Shown here: positions 46,919-57,315 of the stretch, piece by piece
Position numbering within the stretch: position 1 is the first letter of the stretch
Layout of the letters: each line of letters begins with the position of its first letter
Origin: an uncultured Spirochaetota bacterium
GTDB lineage: Bacteria > Spirochaetota > Spirochaetia > SZUA-6 > Fen-1364
Length of the DNA: 64,000 bases
Assembly: GCA_963820525.1 (NCBI GenBank)
Contig: CAWGAA010000001.1
Location: 416,001 to 480,000 of the forward strand
Direction of reading: 5' to 3'
Position numbers and translations under genes: made by a program
Notes under the pieces: generated by a model
Database searches by the model: none
Told to the model about the DNA's origin: nothing
Seen by the model: the letters and a program-made list of their open reading frames with translations, nothing else

Positions 46919-48274
46919 CTACCCTTCAGTTTTTTTGAGAAGCTCCTGGAGGCGGTCCCTGTTGTAGAGCTCGATCGGCCTGTTCTCCGCGAACTCCAGG
47001 GCTTTTCGCGTGTAGACGGAGCTGGAGACGATCACTCCACGGATCACGTTGTTTTTCCTCATTTCCTCCAGCGTGTCCCGAACGACGGTCTCATCGAGAG
47101 GATCCGTGGTCCTGTAGAATCGCATGAGCCGCGGCATCTTGCGGGTGCCCAGCCGCTTGGAATCGGATTCGAATCCCGATACCTGCACACCTCCCCCCGC
47201 AAGTTCAGAAACGGACATGACCTGCATCCCGAGGCCCTCAGCCACGGTCTGGCAGATCTTGAGGAACTCCTCCTTCGGGGTGGTCAGGTAATCCTTCACC
47301 GAATCGTCCGCCCGAAGCTCCTGGTACTGGCTGAGCTTCTCCGCAACGTCCCGGAAGGTGGGCTTTCTCGCGTATATCTTCTCCCATTCCGAGATCGCCT
47401 TCTCCACCTCCCGCACCTTTTCGTAGCACACGGCGAGGAAGTATCTGCCGTAGAGGGTCACAGGGTCCGTCTCATTGGAGGCGAGGTTGACCGACCGCTC
47501 CAGCTCCGAGATGGCCCTGTCGAAGTTGTTCATGCTCATGAAGCAGCCCCCGCGCTCGACCAGCACCTTCTGCCTGAGCTCGGGGTCTCTCTGGGCTTTC
47601 TCGAACGCATTGAGAGCGGCGGCGTAGTCGTGACTGTCCTTCAAGAGCTTTCCCAGGTAGTAGGAGGCGCCGGCGTTGGAAGGATCTATCTTCACCGCCG
47701 TCTCCAGATCCCTGCGCGCCTCCAGAAGCTTTTTCTGCCTGTACTCAAGCAGGCCGAGCTGGAAGTGGGCCTGGGCGTGATTGGGATCGAGCTGGATGGC
47801 CTTGGCATAGTAGCCCAGAGACTTGTCCGCGTTGCCGCGCTCCTCGAAGAGCATTCCCGTCTTGAAGTAGAAGTCGGCCTCCGCCGGCTGGCTCGTGATG
47901 AGGAGGAGGTACTCCTTGAGCGCCTCGTCCTTCTGATTGAACTTCCAGTACAGCTCGGCGATCTGCCTCCTGAAGGGGATCTCCCTGCAGATTCCCGTGA
48001 AGTCCCCGATCTGATTCACGGCCTTCAGCTCCATCAGCGCCAGCTCGGGCTTCTTCTCCTGGAGAAAGGCCATCCCCAGAAGGTAGTGGGCATCGGCATT
48101 GCGAGGGTCCTTGGCCAACAGCCGCCTGGCCAGACGGATCACCTGCTTTGTCTTTCCGGACTTGAGCATACCTTCGATCGTGGAAATCCGCTGAGGAGAG
48201 AAGAATATGAAATAGGCGAAAATGATCAGAAAGACGAGGACAATTCCGAGAATGACAATGAGAGAAATGAGCAT
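46919..48274 (-). CDS. Membrane-anchored TPR protein with a C-terminal Mrr-like (restriction endonuclease fold) domain
   Basis: N-terminal TM, multiple TPRs, C-terminal GVIVSSSVYTRKALEFAENRPIELYNRDRLQELL. Confidence 0.7.
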   Translation of the reverse strand: MLISLIVILGIVLVFLIIFAYFIFFSPQRISTIEGMLKSGKTKQVIRLARRLLAKDPRNADAHYLLGMAFLQEKKPELALMELKAVNQIGDFTGICREIPFRRQIAELYWKFNQKDEALKEYLLLITSQPAEADFYFKTGMLFEERGNADKSLGYYAKAIQLDPNHAQAHFQLGLLEYRQKKLLEARRDLETAVKIDPSNAGASYYLGKLLKDSHDYAAALNAFEKAQRDPELRQKVLVERGGCFMSMNNFDRAISELERSVNLASNETDPVTLYGRYFLAVCYEKVREVEKAISEWEKIYARKPTFRDVAEKLSQYQELRADDSVKDYLTTPKEEFLKICQTVAEGLGMQVMSVSELAGGGVQVSGFESDSKRLGTRKMPRLMRFYRTTDPLDETVVRDTLEEMRKNNVIRGVIVSSSVYTRKALEFAENRPIELYNRDRLQELLKKTEG

Positions 48275-48376
48275 ATTTTCAAGTGTAGAGAGTACTTGCT
48301 TTTCCTCCCCCTGTCAAACTCTCCCGAGGGCGGCTGGTCAGTGAGGCAAAGGCGGGGTATACTAGGGGAGAGCGCG

Positions 48377-49057
48377 ATGAAGAAAAGCCCCCTCGTCCTA
48401 TTTCTCCTTCTTGCCGCTGGGGCGGCCTTCCCCATATCGGTGACTCTCGAGCAGGCAGAAAGCCTCTATCAGCAGAACAAGCCCGCCGAGGCGAAGCCGC
48501 TGCTCGAAGCGGCTCTCAGCGAAGACCCCACAGACGAAAAGATCTACCTCTGGCTGGGAGTCACCTACAGGCAGCTGGAAGACCTCGACAAGGCCATCGC
48601 CGTTCTGAAGAGGGGCCTCGCCATTGCCGCCGACTACAAGGCCGAGTTCTACTGGAACATCGGGCTCGTCTACTTCAGCCAGAAACAGTTCACCTTTGCC
48701 GACAACATGTTCACTTCCGCCATTGCGACGGATAGAAAGTACACGGACGCTTACAAGGACCGTGCCCAGGCTCGCATGAAACTGGAGAACTACGACGGCG
48801 CCCTTGCAGACTACACCCTTTTCCTCCAGCTCGCGCCGCAGGATCCCCAGAGGCCTCAGATCGAGGCCCTCATTGCCCTTCTCACCAAAACGCTCGAGGC
48901 TCGAGCGAACAAGCAGAAGGAAGAAGAGGCCAGGCAGAAGGCCCTGATGAACGATGTCCTGAACTCCCTCAACAACGCCTCCGAGGATACGAAGAACCTC
49001 TCGGTTGAGTCGCTGCAGATCAAGCACGATGCGGAAGACGTCGATATAAAGGACTGA
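48377..49057 (+). CDS. Exported TPR protein
   Basis: ATG 48377; signal peptide MKKSPLVLFLLLAAGAAF; TPRs. Confidence 0.8.
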   Translation: MKKSPLVLFLLLAAGAAFPISVTLEQAESLYQQNKPAEAKPLLEAALSEDPTDEKIYLWLGVTYRQLEDLDKAIAVLKRGLAIAADYKAEFYWNIGLVYFSQKQFTFADNMFTSAIATDRKYTDAYKDRAQARMKLENYDGALADYTLFLQLAPQDPQRPQIEALIALLTKTLEARANKQKEEEARQKALMNDVLNSLNNASEDTKNLSVESLQIKHDAEDVDIKD

Positions 49058-49063
49058 AGCCCG

Positions 49064-50965
49064 ATGAAAAAGAATGCACCGAAGGTTTCCCTGACAGGGG
49101 AAAGACTGCACCCCTCCACCTCACCGTCTCCCGACAGCTCCCCCCGCGGGCCGCGCGCAATCGTTTTTGTCGCGATCGCGGCCGCCCTCATCCTCGCCAT
49201 CGGGGGCGGGGTGATCCTGTATTCCCGGATCGCCTCCTCCAACAGCCAGAGGATCCGGGAGAACACCCTGAAGGTCGTCACAACCTATGCCGACAAGGGC
49301 GAATACGATGCGGCCTTGAAGCTCCTCAACGACCTGCTGATCGCCAACCCGGACGATCCCCAGGCCAAGGCCGCCCTCGACGACATCCTGGGCAGGAAAA
49401 AAGCCACCGAGGAGGCGGCATCACAGAAGCTCGCATCCGAGCAGAAGCAGCTCCAGCAGGGGCTCGCCGAGCTCGGCGACACCCTCAAGAAGAGCAGCGC
49501 CCCCCAGATCGTCATCCAGGAGCCCAAGAAGCCTTCCGCGGAAGAGACCTCCGCCAAGGAAGCGGAGAAACAGAAGAAGCTCCAGGATCTGCTCAAGAAG
49601 GGGGCCGCCCTGTTCAATGCGCAAAAGTACCCGGATTCCCGCAAGGCGTTCTCCGATGCGCTGGCCATAGACCCCAACTCCGCCGCGGCCCTGGCATACT
49701 CAGGTCTCTCCTACCTGCGGGAGAACCCCTCGAGCCCTGAGAACATCCAGAAAGCGGTCGATCTTTCCAACCAGGCCATCGACAAGGATCCCAACTTCTG
49801 GGTTCCCCACGATACCCTGGGGGAGGTCTATGAATCCCGAAACCTGTATGACGACGCCTTGAAGGAGTACAAGAACGCCTCGCGCCTCAACCCGAGCAAT
49901 CCCGACGTGCTCTATTCCCTGGGCAAGATCCAGTACCTGAGCAAGCAGTACGCGGACGCCCTGCGCTCCTTCGACAGCTGCCTCCAGCTGAAGCCCGACC
50001 ATATGCTGGCCCACTACCGCCGCGGGTTGACGCTGATCAAGCTGGGAGACCAGGACAAGGCCCTGGAGGCGCTCCGCTCCGCCGTCGGGCTCAAGCAGGA
50101 TTTCCCCGAGGCCTGGTACTACGTGGCCACGATCCAGAGGGACAAGGGCAGCCTCGCGGCGGCGGTCGACTCCCTGAAGAAGGCCGTCGGTTTCGCGCCC
50201 GACAATCCCGTCTTCATGCGGGAGCTGGCCAACGTGTACACCCTGCGGGGAGACTTCGCCGGCGCCGAGGCCGCCTATGGGCGGGCGCTCGCGCTGGATC
50301 CCCAGCACGCCACCACGAACTTCAACATGGCAAACGTGGAGATCAAGCTGGACAAGCCCCAGGCGGCCCTCCCGTACGCCCAGAAGGCCGTTGAAAAGAA
50401 TCCGGATTCGGCCCAGTCCAACTACATCCTCGGGCTGGCCAACGAGCAGCTGGGAAAAACAGACGAAGCCATAAAGAACTATTCCACCGCGATTCAAAAA
50501 GACGGAAAGTTCACCCCGGCCCTCATCAACCTCGGCGCGATCTATGACAGCGAGGGATTCGCCGACAAGGCGCTGCCCCTCCTGCAGACCGCCGTGGCGG
50601 TGGACCCTTCATCCTACGAGGCGAACAACGACCTGGGCAACGCCTTCCTTCACAAGAGCATGTTCCCGGACAGCATTGCCGCCTTCAAGAAAGCGATATC
50701 CTTGAAGCCGGACAGCAAATCAACCCGGTTCAACCTCGCCCTCGCTTACCTCGAGGTGAACCAGACCGCGGACGCAAAGCAGTCGCTCACGGAGCTCATC
50801 AAGATAGACCCCGCCTATTGGGATGCCTACATGAAGCTGGCGCAGGTGTTCATCAAGGAAGGAAACCAGGCCGACGCGAAGACGCTTCTCACGACGCTGC
50901 TCACGAAAAACCCCGCCTACGAAAAAAAGGACGAAGCGCGGAGCCTCCTCGACAAGCTGAAGTGA
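49064..50965 (+). CDS. Membrane-anchored long TPR protein
   Basis: Single TM followed by more than ten TPR repeats. Confidence 0.85.
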   Translation: MKKNAPKVSLTGERLHPSTSPSPDSSPRGPRAIVFVAIAAALILAIGGGVILYSRIASSNSQRIRENTLKVVTTYADKGEYDAALKLLNDLLIANPDDPQAKAALDDILGRKKATEEAASQKLASEQKQLQQGLAELGDTLKKSSAPQIVIQEPKKPSAEETSAKEAEKQKKLQDLLKKGAALFNAQKYPDSRKAFSDALAIDPNSAAALAYSGLSYLRENPSSPENIQKAVDLSNQAIDKDPNFWVPHDTLGEVYESRNLYDDALKEYKNASRLNPSNPDVLYSLGKIQYLSKQYADALRSFDSCLQLKPDHMLAHYRRGLTLIKLGDQDKALEALRSAVGLKQDFPEAWYYVATIQRDKGSLAAAVDSLKKAVGFAPDNPVFMRELANVYTLRGDFAGAEAAYGRALALDPQHATTNFNMANVEIKLDKPQAALPYAQKAVEKNPDSAQSNYILGLANEQLGKTDEAIKNYSTAIQKDGKFTPALINLGAIYDSEGFADKALPLLQTAVAVDPSSYEANNDLGNAFLHKSMFPDSIAAFKKAISLKPDSKSTRFNLALAYLEVNQTADAKQSLTELIKIDPAYWDAYMKLAQVFIKEGNQADAKTLLTTLLTKNPAYEKKDEARSLLDKLK

Positions 50966-51062
50966 GCCCAAGGCTCTAAAGCGATCCCCCTCCCGAGCAC
51001 GGCTCCCGACGCGCACGCGGCTTCCGCAAGCCCCGCCGCCGTGCTATAGTGGGGCGCTTTTT

Positions 51063-51818
51063 ATGAGCAGATATCCTCCCGTTTCGCGGCTGAACGCTCA
51101 ACAACGCGTGGTTGTGGTCAAGGACATCTTCACCACTTCGTACTCGCGCTACGATTTCCTCAATCATCTGCTCAGCCTCCGTCGGGACGTGGGCTGGAGA
51201 CGGTTCACCGTGGAGCGAATGCGGTTTTTCTCCACGCGCCGCCTGCTGGACGTCGCAACCGGCACGGCGGACCTCGCGATAGCGGCCGCTCAGCGCTACC
51301 CCGACGTCGAGGCGACGGGCATCGACTTCGCCGAACCCATGCTCTCCATGGGGCGCAGGAAGCTTCGGCGGCTCGGACTCGACGGGCGGATCAGGCTGGC
51401 TGCAGGCGACGCGCTTTCCCTCGGCTTCCCCGACTCCGCATTCGACGTTTCGGCGATCGCCTTCGGCATGCGCAATATCCCGGACAAGCTGAGTGCCCTG
51501 CGTGAGATGGCGCGGGTCACCGTCGCCGGGGGCCAGGTCATGGTGCTGGAGATGAGCTTCGCCCCGGCCCCGTTTTTCCGCGGGATCTATCGGCTCTACC
51601 TCAACCGAATGCTGCCGCTCATCTCCGCGCCCTTCGCGCCCAACGGCGCCGCCTACTCCTATCTCGCCGATTCGATCATGCACTTCCCTTCACCCGAGGC
51701 CTTCCGCGATCTCATGCGGCAGGCAGGACTGACCGACATTGTGTATCACAGCCTCAGCTTCGGCCTGGCGCACCTGTACATCGGCAGGACGCCGGGGCAT
51801 CTGCCGGGAGGAGCATGA
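51063..51818 (+). CDS. ubiE: UbiE/MenG quinone C-methyltransferase
   Basis: YDFLNHLLS, LLDVATGTADLA, AFGMRNI, YSYLADSIMHFP. Confidence 0.9.
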   Translation: MSRYPPVSRLNAQQRVVVVKDIFTTSYSRYDFLNHLLSLRRDVGWRRFTVERMRFFSTRRLLDVATGTADLAIAAAQRYPDVEATGIDFAEPMLSMGRRKLRRLGLDGRIRLAAGDALSLGFPDSAFDVSAIAFGMRNIPDKLSALREMARVTVAGGQVMVLEMSFAPAPFFRGIYRLYLNRMLPLISAPFAPNGAAYSYLADSIMHFPSPEAFRDLMRQAGLTDIVYHSLSFGLAHLYIGRTPGHLPGGA

Positions 51819-52679
51819 ATGGAGCTCGCCGATATCTTCGCCCCCGTTGCCTCGGACCTGTCCCTCGTGGAGGAGGATCTCAAGAAGATTGCCCGGCTTA
51901 TAGCGACTTCACGGCAGGAGGAGCTGGGCAGCGGGGGGATTCTTTCGAAGATCGTGCAGCATCCATTCACCGTTCCCGGAAAGAGGATCCGTCCCGCCCT
52001 TGTGCTGCTCTGCTCGCGAACGGTCGGCGCCCCCGAGGATCCTCTGGCCGTTATCCGCCTTGCCACGTCGGTGGAGATGCTCCATGCCGCCTCCCTCGTT
52101 CATGACGATGTCATCGACGGCGCCGATACGCGCAGACATCAGGTCAGCCTGAACAAGCTGTTTGGAAACCGCGTCGCCGTCCTGGCGGGCGATATCCTGT
52201 ACACGCACTTCTTCACGCTCGTCACGGGCCTTCCCAATGTCCTTGCGGAGCGCCGCATCGCGATCCTGGACAAGTTCCTGGAGACGACAAAGGCCATGTG
52301 CATGGGAGAGATCCTCGCCCAGGAGGCTGGGGGCCCGGCGCGGAACACCCTCGGTTTCGAAGAGTATGTCGAGATCTCGGCGGACAAGACCGCTTCGCTT
52401 TTCTCGGCGTGCTGCGGGACCGCCGGCATGATTCTTGGAGCCGGGCAGCCCGTGGTCCGCTCACTCGAAGAGTTCGGTCTCTCATTCGGGCTCACCTTCC
52501 AGATGATGGACGACCTTGCGGACGGCGACTCCCGCCTGGATCCCCGCATCGACCTCCGCGCCAAGGCCCGGGAGTATGCCGCAAAGGCTCGAACTGTGAC
52601 CGATGCTCTCCCTTCGAACGCTTACCGTGAAAAATTGCGCGAGCTTGTCGATTTCGTGATTTCACCGGCTATTTGTTGA
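51819..52679 (+). CDS. Long-chain polyprenyl diphosphate synthase, shortened after the second DDxxD motif
   Basis: GKRIRP, EMLHAASLVHDDVID..RR, VLAGD, KTASLF, FQMMDDLAD. Confidence 0.88.
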   Translation: MELADIFAPVASDLSLVEEDLKKIARLIATSRQEELGSGGILSKIVQHPFTVPGKRIRPALVLLCSRTVGAPEDPLAVIRLATSVEMLHAASLVHDDVIDGADTRRHQVSLNKLFGNRVAVLAGDILYTHFFTLVTGLPNVLAERRIAILDKFLETTKAMCMGEILAQEAGGPARNTLGFEEYVEISADKTASLFSACCGTAGMILGAGQPVVRSLEEFGLSFGLTFQMMDDLADGDSRLDPRIDLRAKAREYAAKARTVTDALPSNAYREKLRELVDFVISPAIC

Positions 52680-52705
52680 CGCCGTTCGTCGGCTGTCAGT
52701 ATACT
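52676..52705 (+). promoter_or_regulatory. sigma70 promoter of the nuo operon
   Basis: TTGACG-18-TATACT; ATG 12 nt downstream with no SD. Confidence 0.65.
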
Positions 52706-52717
52706 TTCAGCAGAAAA

Positions 52718-53128
52718 ATGAACGAATTGCTCATGCTTGGCGCCTTTCTGTTCGTCGTAGCGGCCCTGGTTTTTTTCCTTCTCGTGGTGACGCATCTGCT
52801 GGGTGAGCGGCATTACGAGAAGAGGACGGGGATTCCCTACGAATCGGGGATCAACCCAACGGGGAGCGCGCGCATCCGCTTTTCAGCCGATTTCTATCTC
52901 ATCGGAGTCTTCTTCGTCATCTTCGACGTCTCTTCAGTGTTCGTCTTCGCCTGGGCCGTTGCCGCTCGCGAGCTGGGGTGGGCCGGCTACGCGGCCATCT
53001 TCCTGTTCATCGTCGAGACGGCGGCCGGGCTCGCGTATCTCTGGCGCATGGGGGCTTTCGATTGGGGAGCCCGCAGGCTGCGGGAGCATCGGGAAAGGCA
53101 TGGGTACGGACGTGGCGCGGTTCGCTAA
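52718..53128 (+). CDS. nuoA: NADH-quinone oxidoreductase subunit A
   Basis: [26 protein letters not shown]. Confidence 0.92.
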   Translation: MNELLMLGAFLFVVAALVFFLLVVTHLLGERHYEKRTGIPYESGINPTGSARIRFSADFYLIGVFFVIFDVSSVFVFAWAVAARELGWAGYAAIFLFIVETAAGLAYLWRMGAFDWGARRLREHRERHGYGRGAVR

Positions 53129-53705
53129 GGGCCCCTCTCCGGCGGGCGACATCGTGCTCGCCCGGCACAAAAGCCTCCTGGCATGGAGCCGCAAGTACTC
53201 GATGTGGCCCTTCAACTTCGGGCTTTCCTGCTGCTACGTCGAGTTCGCCACCGCCCTCACCAGCAGATTCGATCTTGCCCGCTTCGGCTCCGAGATCCTC
53301 CGCGGCTCTCCGCGCGAGGCCGACCTCATGGTGATCGCCGGAACCGTCTTCATGAAGATGGCGCCCATCATCCGGCAGATGTACCAGCAGATGATGGAGC
53401 CCCGCTGGGTGATATCGATGGGATCCTGCGCCAACTCGGGGGGAATGTACGACATCTACAGCGTGGTGCAGGGCGTCGATTCGTTCCTTCCCGTGGACGT
53501 CTACGTCCAGGGCTGCCCGCCGAGCCCCGATTCGTTCATGCGCGGCCTGGTGCTGCTCCAAGAGGCGGTCGCCACCGAGAAACGGCCCCTCTCGTGGGTT
53601 GTCGGTCCCCAGGGGGTCGTGAAGCTGGAGAAGCCCTCACTGCGGGACATCATGAGGGCGGAGAGACAGAAACAGACGGAGCTTGCCTCGCCCGATGGAA
53701 TCTGA
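53100..53705 (+). CDS. nuoB: NADH-quinone oxidoreductase subunit B
   Basis: [23 protein letters not shown]. Confidence 0.95.
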   Translation: MGTDVARFAKGPSPAGDIVLARHKSLLAWSRKYSMWPFNFGLSCCYVEFATALTSRFDLARFGSEILRGSPREADLMVIAGTVFMKMAPIIRQMYQQMMEPRWVISMGSCANSGGMYDIYSVVQGVDSFLPVDVYVQGCPPSPDSFMRGLVLLQEAVATEKRPLSWVVGPQGVVKLEKPSLRDIMRAERQKQTELASPDGI

Positions 53706-53806
53706 GGGCGGGGCGGGCATAGCGGCGCCTTGCGCGCCCTGTCCATCCATCGGCGTGGAGCGGCGCCGAGGCGGGTGAGCAAAAAGGCCGAGGGGAGAAA
53801 GTTCTG

Positions 53807-55555
53807 ATGGAAGAAGTGCCGGCAGTGATCCGGGAGCTCGTCGAGCGCTTCGGCGCGGACGCCCTGGCTACCCAATCGACGCGGGACGAAATCCCCACCG
53901 TGTGGGTGGACCGGGGAAAATTCCGCGAGGTGCTCGCCTTCCTCAAGGCGGCCCCCGGCGGCTCCTACCCCATGCTCTTCGACCTTACCGCGATTGACGA
54001 GCGCTTCCGCGTTCACCGCGAAGGCCAGCCGCTCTCGGATTTTTCGGTCGTCTACCACCTCCTTTCCTTCGACAGGAACCAGGACATCCGCGTGAAGGTG
54101 GCCCTGCGCGGCGAGCACCCCTCCATAGCCACGATCACGGACCTCTGGGCCAACGCCAACTGGTACGAGCGCGAGGCCTGGGACATGTTCGGCATCCGCT
54201 TCGAAGGCCACCCCAACCTGCGCCGCATCCTGATGCCCCCCTGGTGGGAGGGCCACCCCCTGAGAAAGGAGCATCACGCCAGGGCCACGGAGATGGGTCC
54301 TTTCACAATGACTGAAGAGGACACCGAGCGGATGCTCGCCTCCATGGAGTTCAAGCCGGAGGAGTGGGGAATGAAGCGTGAGGAGGGGGATCAGCAGTTC
54401 CTCTTCGTGAATATCGGCCCCCAGCACCCGGGGACCCATGGGCTCCTGCGCCTCGTGGCGCAGCTCGACGGCGAGGAGATCGTGGACCTGGTCTGCGACA
54501 TCGGGTTCCACCACCGCGGGGCCGAAAAGATGGCCGAGAGGCAATCCTGGCACACCTTCATTCCCTACACGGACAGGATCGACTACACCGGCGGCGTGAT
54601 GAACAACTTCCCCTACGTTCTGGCCGTAGAGAAGCTGGCCGGAATCACGGTCCCGGACCGGGCCCAGGTGATCCGCATCATGATGGCTGAGATTTTTCGC
54701 ATTATCAGCCACCTCGTCTACTACGGCACCTTCAGCCAGGACCTGGGACAGATGTCTCCCATCTTCTACATGTTCAACGACCGGGAGAGAGCCTTCGACA
54801 TCGTGGAGGCCGTGACGGGCGGCCGCATGCACCCGGGCTGGTTCCGCATCGGGGGCGTGGCCCAGGACCTCCCCGTGGGATGGGACGCGATGGTGCGGGA
54901 GTTCGTCGCCTCCATGCATCGCAGATTGAAAGATTACGACGTGGCCGTGATGAAAAACCGCATCTTCAAGATGCGGGCCAAAGGGATCGGCTCGGTATCA
55001 CTGGCGGAAGCAATCGAATGGGGCGCCACGGGCCCCTTCCTCCGGGCCTGCGGACTGGAGTGGGACCTCAGGAAGAAAAGGCCCTACGGCGGCTACGAGC
55101 GATTCCAGTTCGACGTTCCCACGGCCGCGAACGGGGATTCCTACGACAGGCTCGCGATACACGTGGAGGAGATGCGCCAGAGCCTGCGGATCATCGAGCA
55201 GTGCCTCAAGAACATGCCCGCCGGACCGTACAAGGCGGACCGTCCCCTCGCCACCCCGCCCATGAAGGAGCGCACGATGCACGACATCGAGACGCTCATC
55301 GACCACTTTCTGGGGGTGAGCTGGGGGCCGCCGATACCCCCGGGGGAAGCCACTGCGACCATCGAGGCCACGAAGGGCAACAATGCCTACTATCTGGTAA
55401 GCGACGGAAACACGATGTCCTACCGGACGCGGATCCGAACCCCTTCCTTCGCCCACATCCAGATGGTGCCCATGATGAGCCGCGGGCTCACGATCCCGGA
55501 CCTCATCACGATTCTGGGAAGCGTCGACTTCGTGCTTGCAGACCTTGACCGATAG
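53807..55555 (+). CDS. nuoC: NADH-quinone oxidoreductase fused subunit C/D
   Basis: NuoC motifs [12 protein letters not shown] and GHPLRK fused to NuoD motifs [20 protein letters not shown] and RIRTPSF; 582 aa. Confidence 0.95.
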   Translation: MEEVPAVIRELVERFGADALATQSTRDEIPTVWVDRGKFREVLAFLKAAPGGSYPMLFDLTAIDERFRVHREGQPLSDFSVVYHLLSFDRNQDIRVKVALRGEHPSIATITDLWANANWYEREAWDMFGIRFEGHPNLRRILMPPWWEGHPLRKEHHARATEMGPFTMTEEDTERMLASMEFKPEEWGMKREEGDQQFLFVNIGPQHPGTHGLLRLVAQLDGEEIVDLVCDIGFHHRGAEKMAERQSWHTFIPYTDRIDYTGGVMNNFPYVLAVEKLAGITVPDRAQVIRIMMAEIFRIISHLVYYGTFSQDLGQMSPIFYMFNDRERAFDIVEAVTGGRMHPGWFRIGGVAQDLPVGWDAMVREFVASMHRRLKDYDVAVMKNRIFKMRAKGIGSVSLAEAIEWGATGPFLRACGLEWDLRKKRPYGGYERFQFDVPTAANGDSYDRLAIHVEEMRQSLRIIEQCLKNMPAGPYKADRPLATPPMKERTMHDIETLIDHFLGVSWGPPIPPGEATATIEATKGNNAYYLVSDGNTMSYRTRIRTPSFAHIQMVPMMSRGLTIPDLITILGSVDFVLADLDR

Positions 55556-55577
55556 AGGAGCGAAACGTGGAGAGCGT

Positions 55578-56072
55578 ATGCTGAGCGACCGGGAGCGGCA
55601 CCTGATAGAAACAGAAGCTCGCTCATTCCCCGACAGGAGGGCCGCCGTCTCCGAGGCCCTCATGATCGTGCAGGAGAGCCGGGGATGGGTTTCTGATGAA
55701 GCAGTGGCGGACGTGGCCCAGGCGCTGGGCATGAGCGCGGATGAAGTGGACGGCGTGGCGACGTTCTTCGAGCTCGTGTTCCGCAGGCCGGTGGGAAAGC
55801 ATGTAATTCTCGCCTGCGACAGCGTGAGCTGCTGGGTGACGGGGTATGAAGGAATCCTCGATCACCTGAAGCGCAGGCTGGGCATCGGGCTGGGGGAAAC
55901 GACGGCGGACGGGCTTTTCACCCTGCTTCCCGCCGGATGCCTGGGTGTCTGCGAACAGGCCCCGGCCATGATGATCGGCGACGAGGTTTTCGGGAACCTG
56001 ACTCCCGGGAAGGTCGATGAGATTCTTTCACAGTTGGGAGGCGGAGGAGATGCCGACACCCCTCACCGCTAA
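55578..56072 (+). CDS. nuoE: NADH-quinone oxidoreductase subunit E
   Basis: CDSVSC and CLGVC 2Fe-2S motifs. Confidence 0.93.
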   Translation: MLSDRERHLIETEARSFPDRRAAVSEALMIVQESRGWVSDEAVADVAQALGMSADEVDGVATFFELVFRRPVGKHVILACDSVSCWVTGYEGILDHLKRRLGIGLGETTADGLFTLLPAGCLGVCEQAPAMMIGDEVFGNLTPGKVDEILSQLGGGGDADTPHR

Positions 56073-57315
56073 CATCCGCCCCGGTCAGGGGCCGGTGGAT
56101 ATCGCCGCCTACGAGGCGGCGGGCGGCTATCAGGGCCTGCGCAAGGCCCTCGCACTTCCCCCGGGGGGGGTTCAGGACTCCGTAAAGAAGTCCGCCCTCC
56201 GCGGCAGGGGTGGCGCCGGATTCCCCACGGGACAGAAGTGGAGCTTCGTTCCCCTGGACGGCGCGGAGCAGCACTACCTCGTGGTGAACGCCGACGAGAA
56301 GGAGCCGGCCACCATGAAGGACCGCATCCTCATGGAAGGAGACCCGCATCAGCTGCTCGAAGGGCTGATCATCGCATCCTACGCGGTCCAGGCTTCAACG
56401 GCCTTCATCTTCCTTCGAAGGGAGTACGCAAGAAGCGCGCAGGCGCTGGAGCGTGCGATCGGCGAAGCTTCCAAGGCCGGCTACCTCGGCACCGGCATCC
56501 TCGGCTCGCCCTTCAACCTGGAAGTCCGCCTCCACAAGAGCGCGGGCCGCTACATGTGCGGGGAGGAGACGGGCCTTCTCAATGCCCTGGAGGGAAGGCG
56601 GGCAAACCCGCGCAACAAGCCCCCGTTCCCCCAGACCTGCGGCCTGTGGGGAAAGCCGACCGTGGTCAATAATGTTGAAACCCTGTGCAACGTCCCGCAC
56701 ATCCTGCGCGAGGGTTGGGAATGGTACAAGAGCTTGAGCGATTCCCCCGACACGGGAACAAAGATCTTCGGGGCGAGCGGCAAGCTGAAGAACCCCGGGC
56801 TGTGGGAGCTTCCCATGGGGGTGACGATCCGGGAAGTGATCTTCCAGCATGCCGGAGGGCTCGCCGACGGCGTTTCGCTCCGCGGCCTTCTGCCCGGCGG
56901 CGGCTCCACGGACTTCCTGACCGCGGATCACCTCGACGTGAAAATGGAATTCGATTCCGTGGTCAAAGCGGGCAGCAGGCTGGGAACCGGCACGATCGTC
57001 GTTCTGGACGATAAGACGTGTCCCGTCTCCATGGTGCTCAGTCTCGAGAAGTTCTTCGCGCGCGAGTCCTGCGGCTGGTGCACTCCCTGCAGGGAGGGGC
57101 TCCCTTGGGTCATGCGGACCCTGGAGGCGCTGGAGCAAGGCCGCGGCGAGATGGAGGACCTCGAGGTGCTGGAAGAGCAGGCTCGGCTTCTGGCTCCCGG
57201 GCGGACCTATTGCGCTTTTGCCCCCGGCGCGGTGGAGCCCCTGGGAAGCGCCCTGAAGCTCTTCCGGGAGGATTTCGAGGCTCACGTGAAGCAGAAAAGG
57301 TGTCCCTGGAGATGA
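56050..57315 (+). CDS. nuoF: NADH-quinone oxidoreductase subunit F
   Basis: RGRGGAGFPTG, YMCGEETG, ESCGWCTPCREG. Confidence 0.95.
   Translation: MPTPLTANIRPGQGPVDIAAYEAAGGYQGLRKALALPPGGVQDSVKKSALRGRGGAGFPTGQKWSFVPLDGAEQHYLVVNADEKEPATMKDRILMEGDPHQLLEGLIIASYAVQASTAFIFLRREYARSAQALERAIGEASKAGYLGTGILGSPFNLEVRLHKSAGRYMCGEETGLLNALEGRRANPRNKPPFPQTCGLWGKPTVVNNVETLCNVPHILREGWEWYKSLSDSPDTGTKIFGASGKLKNPGLWELPMGVTIREVIFQHAGGLADGVSLRGLLPGGGSTDFLTADHLDVKMEFDSVVKAGSRLGTGTIVVLDDKTCPVSMVLSLEKFFARESCGWCTPCREGLPWVMRTLEALEQGRGEMEDLEVLEEQARLLAPGRTYCAFAPGAVEPLGSALKLFREDFEAHVKQKRCPWR

Noticed and set aside
53706..53806. Structured element between nuoB and nuoCD
   Set aside because: GC-rich, but no convincing stem or match to the repeat modules
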